In this document: in pieces, positions 9,611 through 19,733 of the stretch
Layout: each line of letters starts with the position of its first letter
How positions within the stretch are numbered: position 1 is the stretch's first letter
Program-made: the position numbers and the translations under genes
The notes under the pieces: generated by a model
What the model was told of the DNA's origin: nothing
Databases searched by the model: none
What the model saw: the letters and a program-made list of their open reading frames with translations, nothing else
Virus record (IMG/VR): IMGVR_UViG_3300023170_004399
Coordinates: 128,001-192,000 of that record
Origin: a virus
Lineage: Duplodnaviria; Caudoviricetes
Direction: 5' to 3' (one strand)
Length of the DNA: 64,000 nt

Positions 9611-12600
9611 AGATTGTTCATATTGCTGATGTTCATTGGCGTGGTCTGACGCGTCATAAAGAATATAAAGATAGTTTCACAGACATGTTTAATCAATGTA
9701 AAATGATTAAGCCGGATGCAATCGTTGTAGCTGGTGACATTGTACATAATAAAACACAAGGTATTTCACCTGAGCTTATTGATTGCTTAAGATGGTGGTT
9801 TACTGAGATGAATAATATATGTGATACGTATGTAATGCTAGGTAACCATGATGGACTTGTACTTAACACTGATAGACAAGATGCCATCAGTCCTATTTTA
9901 AGAGCCTTAAATCTTCCAAATGTGCATTTGTATAGGGACTCCGGTGTTTTTCCTTGTGATAAGCTTGGAGTTAACTGGTGCGTATTCAGTCCTTTTGATG
10001 AATTGAATTACAGTAACGTTGTGCCAAAGAATAATGGCAATATAAATATTGCATTATATCACGGTGCTGTTTGGGGTTCACATACTGACACAAATTACAT
10101 GTTAGATGGTGAAACAGGAATGTCACTATTTAAACCATTTGACTTTACAATGCTAGGTGATATTCATAAAACACAACAACTTGATAAAGAAGGTCGTGTA
10201 TGGTATTGCGGATCTACAATTCAGCAAAATTATGGCGAATCCATGGACAAGGGTTTTCTTCTGTGGGACATTGTGGATAAAGATAATTTCACTGTTGAGT
10301 TTAAAAAAGTTAAACATAATGTTCCGTTTGTAACTGTAGATTGGGCTGGTGATATAGACAGTACTTCATTTAATTGTATGACTAACTGGCCAAAAAAATC
10401 TAGATTTAGAATAAGGGCATATGAAAATTTAGACCCTAAAACACAAAGAAAACTAAGTAACAAACTAAGAAGGGAACACAATGCAGAAGAAGTAGTATAT
10501 AAAATAGATTTAAGAAACGATAAAACAGGTTTAACAGTAGACCAAACAAATAAAGTAAAATTAGAAGACTTGTCAAATCCGGATACTCATAAGAGATTGT
10601 TAAGAGAATATTCTGCTGACGAATCTCACAAAGATGAGGTTTTTTGGAACAAGGTTGATAAAATAGTTGATGAGCTAGTGCCTAATTTAAAATCTATATC
10701 TGATTTTAGATCAGCAAAGTGGTCAGTAAAAAAGATGAATTTTGATAATACATTTGGTTATGGTAAAGATAACACTATAAATTTTAGCAAATTAAATGGC
10801 ATTGTAGGTTTGTTTGGCAAAAACCGGTGTGGAAAATCATCTATACCAGGAACATTAATGTATTCCTTGTTTAATTCCAACGATAGAGGTTTGACTTCTA
10901 TAATGCATGTAATAAACAATAGATCTCAGGAATGTAATGCTGATGTTGTTTTTACTGTTAATGGAAAACCATATAGGTTGGAAAGACAATCGGTTAGATA
11001 TAGAAATCCTCGAGGCGAAGGTGCTATGTCGTATCTAAACTTATTTGAAATAGACAATGATGAAAACATTGTTAGAGATTTATCAGGCGAACAAAGAAAG
11101 GACACCGAAAAATCTTTACGTGAATTGATAGGTTCCCCAGATGAATTTATGATGACTTCTTTTGCTGCGCAAGGTAATATGAATAATTTTATTAACAAAG
11201 GCGCAACTGATAGGAAGAAGACTTTGAGCTCATTTTTAGGTTTAGATGTTTACGATAACTTATCTTCTGTTATTAGAGAGGAATCCGCTGGCATTAAATC
11301 TTTGATGAAAAGATATGAGCAAAAAGATTGGGAAAAAGAAATTTTAGCATGTAAAGAAAATTTAAAAAATTTGGAAATTAATAAAGAAAAACTCAAGTTT
11401 GATATTGGTGAATTAACAGCGGAATATGATAAAATAAAATCAGAGGCCAAGAGTGAAAATAAAGATTTTGTTGATCCAAATTCTCTGATCAATTTGCAAA
11501 AACTTATAAAAAAAGAAAATAAGAAATTAGATAGTGTAAATGAAGAAATAAAAGATAAATCAGAACAAATATCAAAACAGCTAAAGTATATTATTGATAC
11601 TAAAAAAATATTAAATAATGTTGATATTGACTTTTGTCACAAAACGCTAGATTTAATCAATAGTGTTAATGCAAGTATTTCTAAAATAAAGATAAAATAT
11701 AGTAAAGAACACTCGTTATTAGATAATCAAAAAAAATCTGTTAAACTGTTAAACCAGGTACCCTGTGGTAATCAGTTTCCTACATGTAAATTTATAGCGG
11801 AAAGTCATAAGAATAAACTGCTCTTGTCAGAACAAAAAACACTGGTTAAAAGTTTAAAAGGTGATATAGATAACTTAAAAGAAAAAATATCGGAATATGA
11901 CGAAACTGAATTAAAAGATAAAATTAAGAAATATGATGCACTTAAAAACAAACTATCTCAGGTAAATAATAATATTGCATTACTGAAGGAGCAAATAATT
12001 TCATTAAAATATGCAAAAAAAGAAATAGAGAAATCTATTGCAATGAAAACAAAAGATGCACAGAACATTGAGTTGTTGTTAGAGAATAGCGATAATGCTA
12101 TAATATCAGCTATTAATAAAAAACTTGCAGATGTAACTACACAGAAGAAGCAAAAGAAGAATAAGTTGCATGTTGTTTTACAAAATATGGGCAGCGAGCA
12201 AAGACAAATTGAAAAACTGATCCAAGATCAAAAAGAGTTTGATGATTTGCAAGTTGAGTGGACAGTTTATGATTTTCTTTTGCGCGCAACTAGCTGGCGC
12301 GGTATACCTACCTTTATAATGGAAAAACAAATGCCTGTTATCAACCTAGAATTAAGCAGGATTTTAGAAGATGTAACTGGTTTTACTGTTGAATTAGAAG
12401 TAGATGAAAGGAACACTAATATATTTATCAATTATGGTGACAGCAGAAGACCAATAGAGTGTGGTTCTGGTATGGAAAAAATGGTTTCGTCAATGGCTCT
12501 TAGAGTTGCTTTGTCAAATGTGTCATCACTTAATAAATCAGATATGTTTATTGTCGATGAAGGTTTTGGTGCACTTGACCCACAAAATATTGAAGCTGTT

Positions 12601-12738
12601 AGTGGTTTACTAAAAAGATTTAAGAAATATTATAGGTTAATATTGATTATATCTCATGTCGATGTAATAAAAGATTCAGTAGATGACATGTTGGAGATTA
12701 CTAAAAATGGCAGAGACGCTAAAATATCATACGAATGA
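9607..12738 (+). CDS. Fused SbcD/Mre11 nuclease-SbcC/Rad50 ATPase (gp47-gp46 equivalent)
   Basis: Metallophosphoesterase motifs IADVH, AGDIVH, GNHD, GDIH, YCGS; then Walker A GKNRCGKSS, long coiled coil, signature GSGME, Walker B FIVDEGFGALD and ISH, all in one ORF. Confidence 0.92.
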   Translation: MKIVHIADVHWRGLTRHKEYKDSFTDMFNQCKMIKPDAIVVAGDIVHNKTQGISPELIDCLRWWFTEMNNICDTYVMLGNHDGLVLNTDRQDAISPILRALNLPNVHLYRDSGVFPCDKLGVNWCVFSPFDELNYSNVVPKNNGNINIALYHGAVWGSHTDTNYMLDGETGMSLFKPFDFTMLGDIHKTQQLDKEGRVWYCGSTIQQNYGESMDKGFLLWDIVDKDNFTVEFKKVKHNVPFVTVDWAGDIDSTSFNCMTNWPKKSRFRIRAYENLDPKTQRKLSNKLRREHNAEEVVYKIDLRNDKTGLTVDQTNKVKLEDLSNPDTHKRLLREYSADESHKDEVFWNKVDKIVDELVPNLKSISDFRSAKWSVKKMNFDNTFGYGKDNTINFSKLNGIVGLFGKNRCGKSSIPGTLMYSLFNSNDRGLTSIMHVINNRSQECNADVVFTVNGKPYRLERQSVRYRNPRGEGAMSYLNLFEIDNDENIVRDLSGEQRKDTEKSLRELIGSPDEFMMTSFAAQGNMNNFINKGATDRKKTLSSFLGLDVYDNLSSVIREESAGIKSLMKRYEQKDWEKEILACKENLKNLEINKEKLKFDIGELTAEYDKIKSEAKSENKDFVDPNSLINLQKLIKKENKKLDSVNEEIKDKSEQISKQLKYIIDTKKILNNVDIDFCHKTLDLINSVNASISKIKIKYSKEHSLLDNQKKSVKLLNQVPCGNQFPTCKFIAESHKNKLLLSEQKTLVKSLKGDIDNLKEKISEYDETELKDKIKKYDALKNKLSQVNNNIALLKEQIISLKYAKKEIEKSIAMKTKDAQNIELLLENSDNAIISAINKKLADVTTQKKQKKNKLHVVLQNMGSEQRQIEKLIQDQKEFDDLQVEWTVYDFLLRATSWRGIPTFIMEKQMPVINLELSRILEDVTGFTVELEVDERNTNIFINYGDSRRPIECGSGMEKMVSSMALRVALSNVSSLNKSDMFIVDEGFGALDPQNIEAVSGLLKRFKKYYRLILIISHVDVIKDSVDDMLEITKNGRDAKISYE

Positions 12739-12976
12739 AAAAGTGTGGACTAAAAAAGATAATGTTATAATTATAAAACCTAAAGGCTGGGCAGCTGAAA
12801 TCGATTGCCCAGTTTGCAATTTAGCATTACAGTCAGAGAAAGACTGTGTTTTTTTAAAAAAAGAAGGATGCTGTTATCTATGTTGTCTCCATTTTAAATT
12901 TCCTCAAAGGGAAAAATGGGAAAATGGCTGGAGACCTACAATTAATGAGGCAAGAAATAAAATAAACAATAATTAG
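12707..12976 (+). CDS. Small Cys-rich, putative zinc-binding protein
   Basis: CPVC and CCYLCC; start moved from 12683 to ATG 12707, which follows GGAG at 12693-12696. Confidence 0.6.
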   Translation: MAETLKYHTNEKVWTKKDNVIIIKPKGWAAEIDCPVCNLALQSEKDCVFLKKEGCCYLCCLHFKFPQREKWENGWRPTINEARNKINNN

Positions 12977-13000
12977 TAGTGTTACTATGGAGAATAAGTC

Positions 13001-13402
13001 ATGAAACTTGAACACGTACGCGCTTTAAATCAAATTCTAGATGCAACTTTTGGCACTCAGTCTATGTCTAATGCAGGTCATGCTGTCAGACATAAATTAC
13101 TTACTGGTGTTAAAGGTGAAACTAAGTTAGAAATTAGATTTGAATCTATTTGTAATTGGAACCCACGTATTGGTATGGATATGCAGAAAAAAGAATTAGA
13201 TGCACAATCTATTAAAGCAATCAATGAAAAAATTAAAGATTGCAAAAAAGAATTTAGAGAGATAACTGGTGTAACTTTAAAAATTACAGCTGATCCTATT
13301 CAAGATGCTATTGTCGAACATATTTCACATAATCCATCTTTAATTAGGGCCAAGTATTATCGTTGTAACACTTATGTTATAAATTTATCACAATTTGATT
13401 AA
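13001..13402 (+). CDS. Hypothetical protein upstream of terminase
   Basis: GGAG SD; ATAATTA at 12969-12975; no motif recognised. Confidence 0.65.
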   Translation: MKLEHVRALNQILDATFGTQSMSNAGHAVRHKLLTGVKGETKLEIRFESICNWNPRIGMDMQKKELDAQSIKAINEKIKDCKKEFREITGVTLKITADPIQDAIVEHISHNPSLIRAKYYRCNTYVINLSQFD

Positions 13403-13405
13403 AAT

Positions 13406-15001
13406 ATGAGTACACATAAACAGAAGCAAATAGCAGAAATTATAAAATGTGGAAAGAATCCAGATTATTTTTTTAACAAATATGTTAAAATTCAACATCC
13501 GGAAAGAGGATCTATACCATTTAAAACCTATGATTTTCAAAATGATTGTGTTGATGCATTTAGGGAGCATAGGTTTAATATAGTTTTAAAAAGCCGGCAG
13601 TTAGGTTTATCTACTATAGCTGCGGGTTATGTTGCATGGTTAGCTGTTTTTCACAAAGATAAAAATATATTGATTATTGCTACTAAACTTAGTGTAGCAC
13701 AAAACTTTATAAAAAAAGTCAAATTTATAATAAAGTCAATGCCTAATTGGCTTTTGCTGCCTGAGATATCTGGAAACAATAAACAAACAATAGAGTTTTC
13801 TAATGGATCAGTTATCAAAGCTGTGCCAACTTCTGATGATGCTGGTCGTTCGGAAGCTTTGTCTTTGCTAATAGTAGATGAAGCTGCGTTTGTAAGAAAC
13901 TTTGATACTATATGGACTGGTTTATATCCAACGCTGTCAACTGGTGGTAGTGCAATTATACTTTCAACTCCAAACGGTGTTGGTGGTCAATATTATGATT
14001 TATGGATTGGTGCAACAAATAAAACAAATGTTTTTAATCCAATAAAATTAATGTGGGACGTGCATCCTGATCGGGATGATGAATGGTTTGAAAATGAAAC
14101 CAGGAACATGACGCAGAAACAAATTGCGCAAGAGCTATTATGCGATTTTCAATCTTCTGGTGAAACTTTTATAAGGCCAGAAGATATAGAATATATGTTA
14201 AGCTGGATAAAACCGCCTATTGAAAAATGGGGTCCAGATAACAATGTTTGGGTATGGAAATATTCTTTATCGGAAAAAAAATATATCATTAGTGCGGATG
14301 TAAGTAGAGGTGATTCTAAAGATTTTTCTACTTTTCATGTAATTGACACAGAAAACAGTGAAATAGTTTGCGAATACAGGGGTTTAGCACCACCCGATCA
14401 ATTTGCGCAAATTTTAGCAGAAGCCGGGAAAAGATACAATAATGCTTTAATATGCCCTGAAAACAATTCTTATGGTTATGCTTTGATTATGAAGATGGTT
14501 GAATTAGATTACAAGAATATGTATTACGCATCTGAAAAAGATAGATATGCAGCATTATATGGGTCAGTGGATATAGGAAAAATAGGTTTTCAAACTAACT
14601 CAAAAACTAGGCCGCAAATCTTAACAAAACTAGAAGAAGTACTGCGTACAAAACAAATTAAAGTATATTCAGAAAGGTTGTATGAAGAATTAAAAACTTT
14701 TGTATGGGTTGGTAAAAAAGCGCAAGCAAGAAAAGGTTGTCATGATGACTTAGTCATGGCACTAGCTATTGGTGTGTGGTTGTATGATACATCACCACAG
14801 TTATCGAAACAAGGGTTTGATGTAAATAAAGCAATGTTAGGTGCTTTTTCTGTTAACTCTGTGAAGTTTAATGATACAATATTAGACCAGGAAAATAAAA
14901 ACACTACTGATGTCAAAGATTCTAATGGCAGACATGTAAGAATTGTAAAAGATCCAAGGTTATCTAATAAAGATGATGATGAATTTAACTGGTTGCTATA
15001 A
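13406..15001 (+). CDS. terL: Terminase large subunit (T4 gp17-like)
   Basis: KSRQLGLST (Walker A region), LIVDEAAF (Walker B), LSTPNG coupling motif, nuclease ISADVSRG and HDDLVMA. Confidence 0.96.
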   Translation: MSTHKQKQIAEIIKCGKNPDYFFNKYVKIQHPERGSIPFKTYDFQNDCVDAFREHRFNIVLKSRQLGLSTIAAGYVAWLAVFHKDKNILIIATKLSVAQNFIKKVKFIIKSMPNWLLLPEISGNNKQTIEFSNGSVIKAVPTSDDAGRSEALSLLIVDEAAFVRNFDTIWTGLYPTLSTGGSAIILSTPNGVGGQYYDLWIGATNKTNVFNPIKLMWDVHPDRDDEWFENETRNMTQKQIAQELLCDFQSSGETFIRPEDIEYMLSWIKPPIEKWGPDNNVWVWKYSLSEKKYIISADVSRGDSKDFSTFHVIDTENSEIVCEYRGLAPPDQFAQILAEAGKRYNNALICPENNSYGYALIMKMVELDYKNMYYASEKDRYAALYGSVDIGKIGFQTNSKTRPQILTKLEEVLRTKQIKVYSERLYEELKTFVWVGKKAQARKGCHDDLVMALAIGVWLYDTSPQLSKQGFDVNKAMLGAFSVNSVKFNDTILDQENKNTTDVKDSNGRHVRIVKDPRLSNKDDDEFNWLL

Positions 15002-15039
15002 AAAATAATAGTGTAGTATAATTATATGTGAGGGTTATT

Positions 15040-17031
15040 ATGGCGGAAGAAACACTATTCAACAGATTAACGAAGCTTTTCAGATCTGGGCCTACAATTA
15101 AAAGAAAGGTTAGGACATATACTAAAGCAGATAAAAATGCTAGCTCGGCTGTTGAGTTATTTAAAAAACATCACTCTGATGTTTATAACACTACATTAAG
15201 TGCTTATGGCACATTCGATAGAATGGCTAGATATAGTGATTTTTCAGAAATGGAAAGTACGCCAGAACTAGCCTCAGCTCTTGACATATATGCAGAAGAG
15301 ACTGTTTCACAAGATGCTGAAGGAAGAGTTTTGCACATATATTCTGACAATAGAATAGTGAAAGAATTATTAGAAACACTTTTTTACGATACTCTTAACA
15401 TTGATTTTAACCTGGTTATGTGGGTTAGAAACTTGTGTAAGTATGGTGACTTCTTTCTTTTTAATGATGTGCATCCGGAATACGGCGTTATTAATGCATA
15501 TCCTATACCTATAACTGAAATCGAGCGTGAAGAAGGTTATGATGCAGATGATCCTTCAGCTGTTAGGTTTAGATGGATAACACAAGGCAATCAGACTTTA
15601 GAAAACTGGCAGATTACACATTTTAGGCTTTTGGGAAATGATGCATTTTTACCATATGGGTCATCTGTGCTGGAATCAGCTCGTAGAATATGGCGACAGC
15701 TTATATTAATAGAAGACGCTATGTTAGTATATCGTGTAATCAGGGCGCCTGAAAGACGTGTTTTTTATATTGATGTTGGTAATGTGCCGCCAGAAGATAT
15801 AGCAACATACGTAGAGCAAGCAAAAACTAGTTTAAAAAGAGACTCTGTTGTTAACAAAACAACTGGCCAAGTAGATTTAAGATATAATCCAATGGCTGTC
15901 GATGAAGATTACTTTATCCCAGTAAGAGGTGGTGATTCTGGTACTAGGATTGATAATTTGGCTGGTGGGCAAAATGCTTCTGCCATTGAAGATGTACAAT
16001 ACGTGCAGAAAAAACTGTTTGCTGCGCTTAAGATACCAAAAGCTTATTTAGGGTATGATGAAGACACAGGTGCTAAAGCGACATTGGCACAAGAAGATGT
16101 TAGATTTAGTAGAACAATTCAGCGTATTCAGAAAACTGTTATTGCTGAGTTAAATAAGCTAGCCATGATACACTTGTATTCGCATGGGTTTGAAGGTGAA
16201 GAGTTGTTAAACTTTTCATTAAGTTTGTCTAATCCATCTTCTTTAGCACAACAACAAAAGCTTGAATTAATTAAGACTAAGTTTGATATTGCTGGAAGTG
16301 CACCTGAAGGAATGGTGTCAAAAACATGGTTATATAAAAATGTTTTTTCATTTACTAAAAACCAAATTGAATTAATTCAAAAGCAAAAAATGAAAGAGAA
16401 ATTAGATGATGCTGCATTAGAAGCTGCTGGGAGTGCTGGTGGAGAGGAAGGTGGTGATGCTGGTGGAGACGCTGGTGGAATGGGTGGTTTGTTTAGCGGA
16501 GACAAACCTGAGGGACCATTGCTTAATAATTTAGCTGCAGACAATTTTAGAGAGTCGGAAGCTGTTGTTGGTGATCTAATAGATGAAGATGAAGACGAAG
16601 ATATCGATTTTGTATATGATAAAATAGACAACTATAAAATACAGCCGGAAAAATCTGTTAAGAAAAATGTTTTTGGTGAACCATTAAAAACTAGTCGCAA
16701 AAGAGAAAAGAAAGAAACTTTGTCACCGGGTAAACTATCCGGGATGAACATGGTTAGTGTAACTAGTAACAGAAACACAACAAAAGAGTTTTTAAAAAAT
16801 CCTTTTGGTAACATATATGGAGAAAATTTGCGTTTAGCAGATTCAATTTTAGGTTTTGATCAAGAAGAAGAGGAAGAAGATACATATATAGGTTATAGAC
16901 CAGTTATGGATTATTCTATACAAAGAATGTTTGAGAAAATGAATTCTAAGTTTGGTGTTAAGAAGTTAATAAAAGAAAATAAAGATGAAGAGTTTGAAAT
17001 AGATATTGATTTGGAGGATCAGGATGACTAA
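15040..17031 (+). CDS. gp20: Portal protein (T4 gp20-like) with acidic C-terminal extension
   Basis: ELASALDIYAEE, EDAMLVYRVIRAPERRVFYIDVGN, EDYFIPVRG; start set at ATG 15040 after GAGGG. Confidence 0.95.
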   Translation: MAEETLFNRLTKLFRSGPTIKRKVRTYTKADKNASSAVELFKKHHSDVYNTTLSAYGTFDRMARYSDFSEMESTPELASALDIYAEETVSQDAEGRVLHIYSDNRIVKELLETLFYDTLNIDFNLVMWVRNLCKYGDFFLFNDVHPEYGVINAYPIPITEIEREEGYDADDPSAVRFRWITQGNQTLENWQITHFRLLGNDAFLPYGSSVLESARRIWRQLILIEDAMLVYRVIRAPERRVFYIDVGNVPPEDIATYVEQAKTSLKRDSVVNKTTGQVDLRYNPMAVDEDYFIPVRGGDSGTRIDNLAGGQNASAIEDVQYVQKKLFAALKIPKAYLGYDEDTGAKATLAQEDVRFSRTIQRIQKTVIAELNKLAMIHLYSHGFEGEELLNFSLSLSNPSSLAQQQKLELIKTKFDIAGSAPEGMVSKTWLYKNVFSFTKNQIELIQKQKMKEKLDDAALEAAGSAGGEEGGDAGGDAGGMGGLFSGDKPEGPLLNNLAADNFRESEAVVGDLIDEDEDEDIDFVYDKIDNYKIQPEKSVKKNVFGEPLKTSRKREKKETLSPGKLSGMNMVSVTSNRNTTKEFLKNPFGNIYGENLRLADSILGFDQEEEEEDTYIGYRPVMDYSIQRMFEKMNSKFGVKKLIKENKDEEFEIDIDLEDQDD

Positions 17032-17866
17032 AAAATCCCACAACAAAAAACGAAATGTCGGGATTGTCTACGAACAACTAGTGTATACACTTAGCAAAGC
17101 ATTAGTCGAAGATAATTTTATAACGGCAAATAACACAAAAAAAATTATTAAAAAATTTTTTAAACCAGGTACTGAACTTTATAAAGAACATAAATTATTT
17201 AAAGCTTTGGTCAATGTTGAAATAAAAGATGGCAGTTTAGCAACAAAGATCTTAGAAGAAGCAAAATATGCCAGTAAGAATTTTAATGCTAGTTTACTTA
17301 ATAAAGAAAAATCAAGATTGATAAAAGAAATTAATTACACTTTGGGTAAAGAAGTATATAGCAGTAAGTTGTCTCAATACAAAAAGTTTGCCACAGTCCA
17401 ATCAACTTTAGATATGTGGAGAACAAAAAACCCTGATATATCTAAATTAGCATTGTACGAGTCCAAATGCCATGATATTCTCATGGAAGCTAAGGTTGAA
17501 ACTGATTTAGAAACTTTGAAAACACCGGAAGCGGAAACGTTAGTTGTTAAAATTATGACAGAAAAGTTTAACCAAAAATACAAAAATTTAGATGATACTC
17601 AAAAAATGTTGATTAAAGAATATGTATTTTTCCAATCAGGTCAAAAAAATAGTTTTTTACATGCTATTAAAAATATTAAGCAGAAAACGCTTAACGAAAT
17701 ATCTAGATACAATGTTTCTAGTACTAATAAGTTTGTTAATACTAAGTTAAATGAAGTTAAAAATGATATAGAAAAAATCGATGTAGCTAACGTTAAAGAT
17801 GATACAATTGCTAAGTTTATGCAGATGTGTCAGTTAGTACAGGAACTGGAGACAAATGATGAGTAA
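17024..17866 (+). CDS. Hypothetical head-module protein
   Basis: Between portal and protease; GGAGG before ATG 17024; N-terminal HNKKRNVG motif. Confidence 0.65.
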   Translation: MTKKSHNKKRNVGIVYEQLVYTLSKALVEDNFITANNTKKIIKKFFKPGTELYKEHKLFKALVNVEIKDGSLATKILEEAKYASKNFNASLLNKEKSRLIKEINYTLGKEVYSSKLSQYKKFATVQSTLDMWRTKNPDISKLALYESKCHDILMEAKVETDLETLKTPEAETLVVKIMTEKFNQKYKNLDDTQKMLIKEYVFFQSGQKNSFLHAIKNIKQKTLNEISRYNVSSTNKFVNTKLNEVKNDIEKIDVANVKDDTIAKFMQMCQLVQELETNDE

Positions 17867-18467
17867 TCTAAAAGTACTTACAGAGTGGGCACCATGGGAT
17901 TTTGATAAAGATAAAATGCTGCAAGAGAGAGCAAAGGGTGATGGAAAATACATCATGAGAGGAATTCTTCAAAAAGCTAATACGTTAAATCAAAACGGCA
18001 GAATATACCCATTAGAAATTTTAGAAAGAGAAGTTAGAAATTATCAAAAATTTATTGCTGAAAACAGAGCCTTAGGCGAGTTAGACCACCCTGATTCTAG
18101 TGTTGTTGAGCTGAAAAACGCATCACACATTGTCAGAGAAGCATATATGGAAGGTGATATATGTTATGGCACAGTGGAAATTTTAGACACGCCATCTGGG
18201 AAAATATTGCAATCGCTTATTGACACTGGAGTTACATTAGGGATATCTTCACGTGGTGTTGGATCAACTAGAAGAGAAGGTGATAATCAAGTTGTGCAGG
18301 ATGATTTTCAATTAATTTGTTGGGACTTCGTTTCTGAACCATCTACACCGGGCGCATTTATGATGAAAGAAGGTAAAGAAGTTAGTAAAAAAGATTTAAA
18401 TAAAAGATTTAATAAATCAGATAGAATAGATAGAATCTGTAATGATATCTTAAGTTGGAGAAAATAA
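17856..18467 (+). CDS. gp21: Prohead maturation protease (T4 gp21-like)
   Basis: NQNGRIYP, ALGELDHP (His), LGISSRGVGS (Ser), WDFVSEPSTPGA. Confidence 0.95.
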   Translation: MMSNLKVLTEWAPWDFDKDKMLQERAKGDGKYIMRGILQKANTLNQNGRIYPLEILEREVRNYQKFIAENRALGELDHPDSSVVELKNASHIVREAYMEGDICYGTVEILDTPSGKILQSLIDTGVTLGISSRGVGSTRREGDNQVVQDDFQLICWDFVSEPSTPGAFMMKEGKEVSKKDLNKRFNKSDRIDRICNDILSWRK

Positions 18468-18469
18468 TA

Positions 18470-18883
18470 ATGGCTTATTTTGATATAGATAAAAGATTAG
18501 ATGGCACCTTGCCTGCTTTTACGGGTTCACAACAAAGCATGAGTTCAGGCTTGTTTAATGTACCATCGTATCAAGTATCTGGTATACCTTTAGTAAAAGC
18601 TTACACTGGCGCACAGTCAAACGTAAACCTAAGTTTTGAAACTATAAGTAGATGGATAATTGTAAGTGCTACTGGAGGAAATGTACAGTTAGCTTTTACT
18701 GAAGGTGGCATCGGTAGTGGTAATTTTATTACTGTGCCTAGTGGTGAAATGTCACCTAGAATTGAAGTAATGACAAATGGTATTTGGTTTACTTCTGTTG
18801 GTGACTGTCAAATCATGGCAGGTTTGACTTCAAATATCCTGTCTGGCAGTGCTCTTAATCTAACAAACTTCTCGGATGTTTAA
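18470..18883 (+). CDS. Hypothetical beta-rich protein, possibly capsid decoration
   Basis: GGAG before ATG 18470; Gly/Ser-rich with beta-like alternation; head-module position. Confidence 0.5.
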   Translation: MAYFDIDKRLDGTLPAFTGSQQSMSSGLFNVPSYQVSGIPLVKAYTGAQSNVNLSFETISRWIIVSATGGNVQLAFTEGGIGSGNFITVPSGEMSPRIEVMTNGIWFTSVGDCQIMAGLTSNILSGSALNLTNFSDV

Positions 18884-18903
18884 TAAAATATTATGGAGGC
18901 CAC

Positions 18904-19371
18904 GTGGCTAAATTAAATAAAAAAGCTTTAAAGCAACTAATCAAAGAATGCTTAGTAGAAATATTAGTAGAAGGAATTGGCGACGAAGGAGATATTCTGG
19001 AAGAGTCGTTTTATAGATCTGATATTGAACCTAAACGTACGAAGAAAAAAACTAGCAATGCTTATAAACAAAAAATGCAGCAAATACAAAAACAAAGAGA
19101 TGAATTAGATAAAGTTCGTGTTAATTCACAGCCTCAAGTAAAACAAGATTTTTCTGATATAACATCTGATAGTGTAATGCAAAGTATTTTTGCGGATACA
19201 GCTAAGACTACTTTGGTGGAACAAGTTGAAGGAAAGCGCGGTAGTATTTCTGGCCCTGTAGGTGGAAATGACACATATGCTAGAATTGCAAATGAGAATG
19301 ACCCTATGGACTTGTTTGAAAATTCAAGTCGTTGGGCTAATTTAGCATTTATGGATAAAAAACCGAGTTAA
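18904..19371 (+). CDS. Hypothetical protein, possible internal head/core protein
   Basis: GGAGG + GTG start; N-terminal ALKQLIKECLVEILVEG motif. Confidence 0.55.
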   Translation: MAKLNKKALKQLIKECLVEILVEGIGDEGDILEESFYRSDIEPKRTKKKTSNAYKQKMQQIQKQRDELDKVRVNSQPQVKQDFSDITSDSVMQSIFADTAKTTLVEQVEGKRGSISGPVGGNDTYARIANENDPMDLFENSSRWANLAFMDKKPS

Positions 19372-19409
19372 TATATAATTAGGTAAGTACACTTTTCTGG
19401 AGATATGTT

Positions 19410-19721
19410 ATGAGAAAAAGACGCACAAAAAAAGTAAAAAAGATGTCGGCCGCAGAGCTTAAGAGATTAATCTTAAGTGAAGTGAAAAAATTGCAAATGG
19501 AAGCATTAACTGGCAAAGTTGAAGATATTTCAAAAGTCAAAGCTGAAGAAGTAGATGCATCTGAGTATGCTGATAGTATTGAGCAAGATATAGATTTTAT
19601 GAAAGCTTTAAAAATTCATGAAGCAAAACTAAATCGCAGACATAAAATTATGCGTAGAAAAATGTTAAAGTTGCAGGAAGCAAAGAATAAGTTACGTCGA
19701 AGAATAACAAAAAAATTATAG
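19410..19721 (+). CDS. Hypothetical protein, possible internal head/core protein
   Basis: GGAG SD; ATAATTA at 19375-19381; ELKRLILSE motif. Confidence 0.55.
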   Translation: MRKRRTKKVKKMSAAELKRLILSEVKKLQMEALTGKVEDISKVKAEEVDASEYADSIEQDIDFMKALKIHEAKLNRRHKIMRRKMLKLQEAKNKLRRRITKKL

Positions 19722-19733
19722 GAGTAACATAAT

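Noticed and set aside
13001-13402. Possible small terminase
   Set aside because: Only the position supports it; no gp16-like motif recognised.
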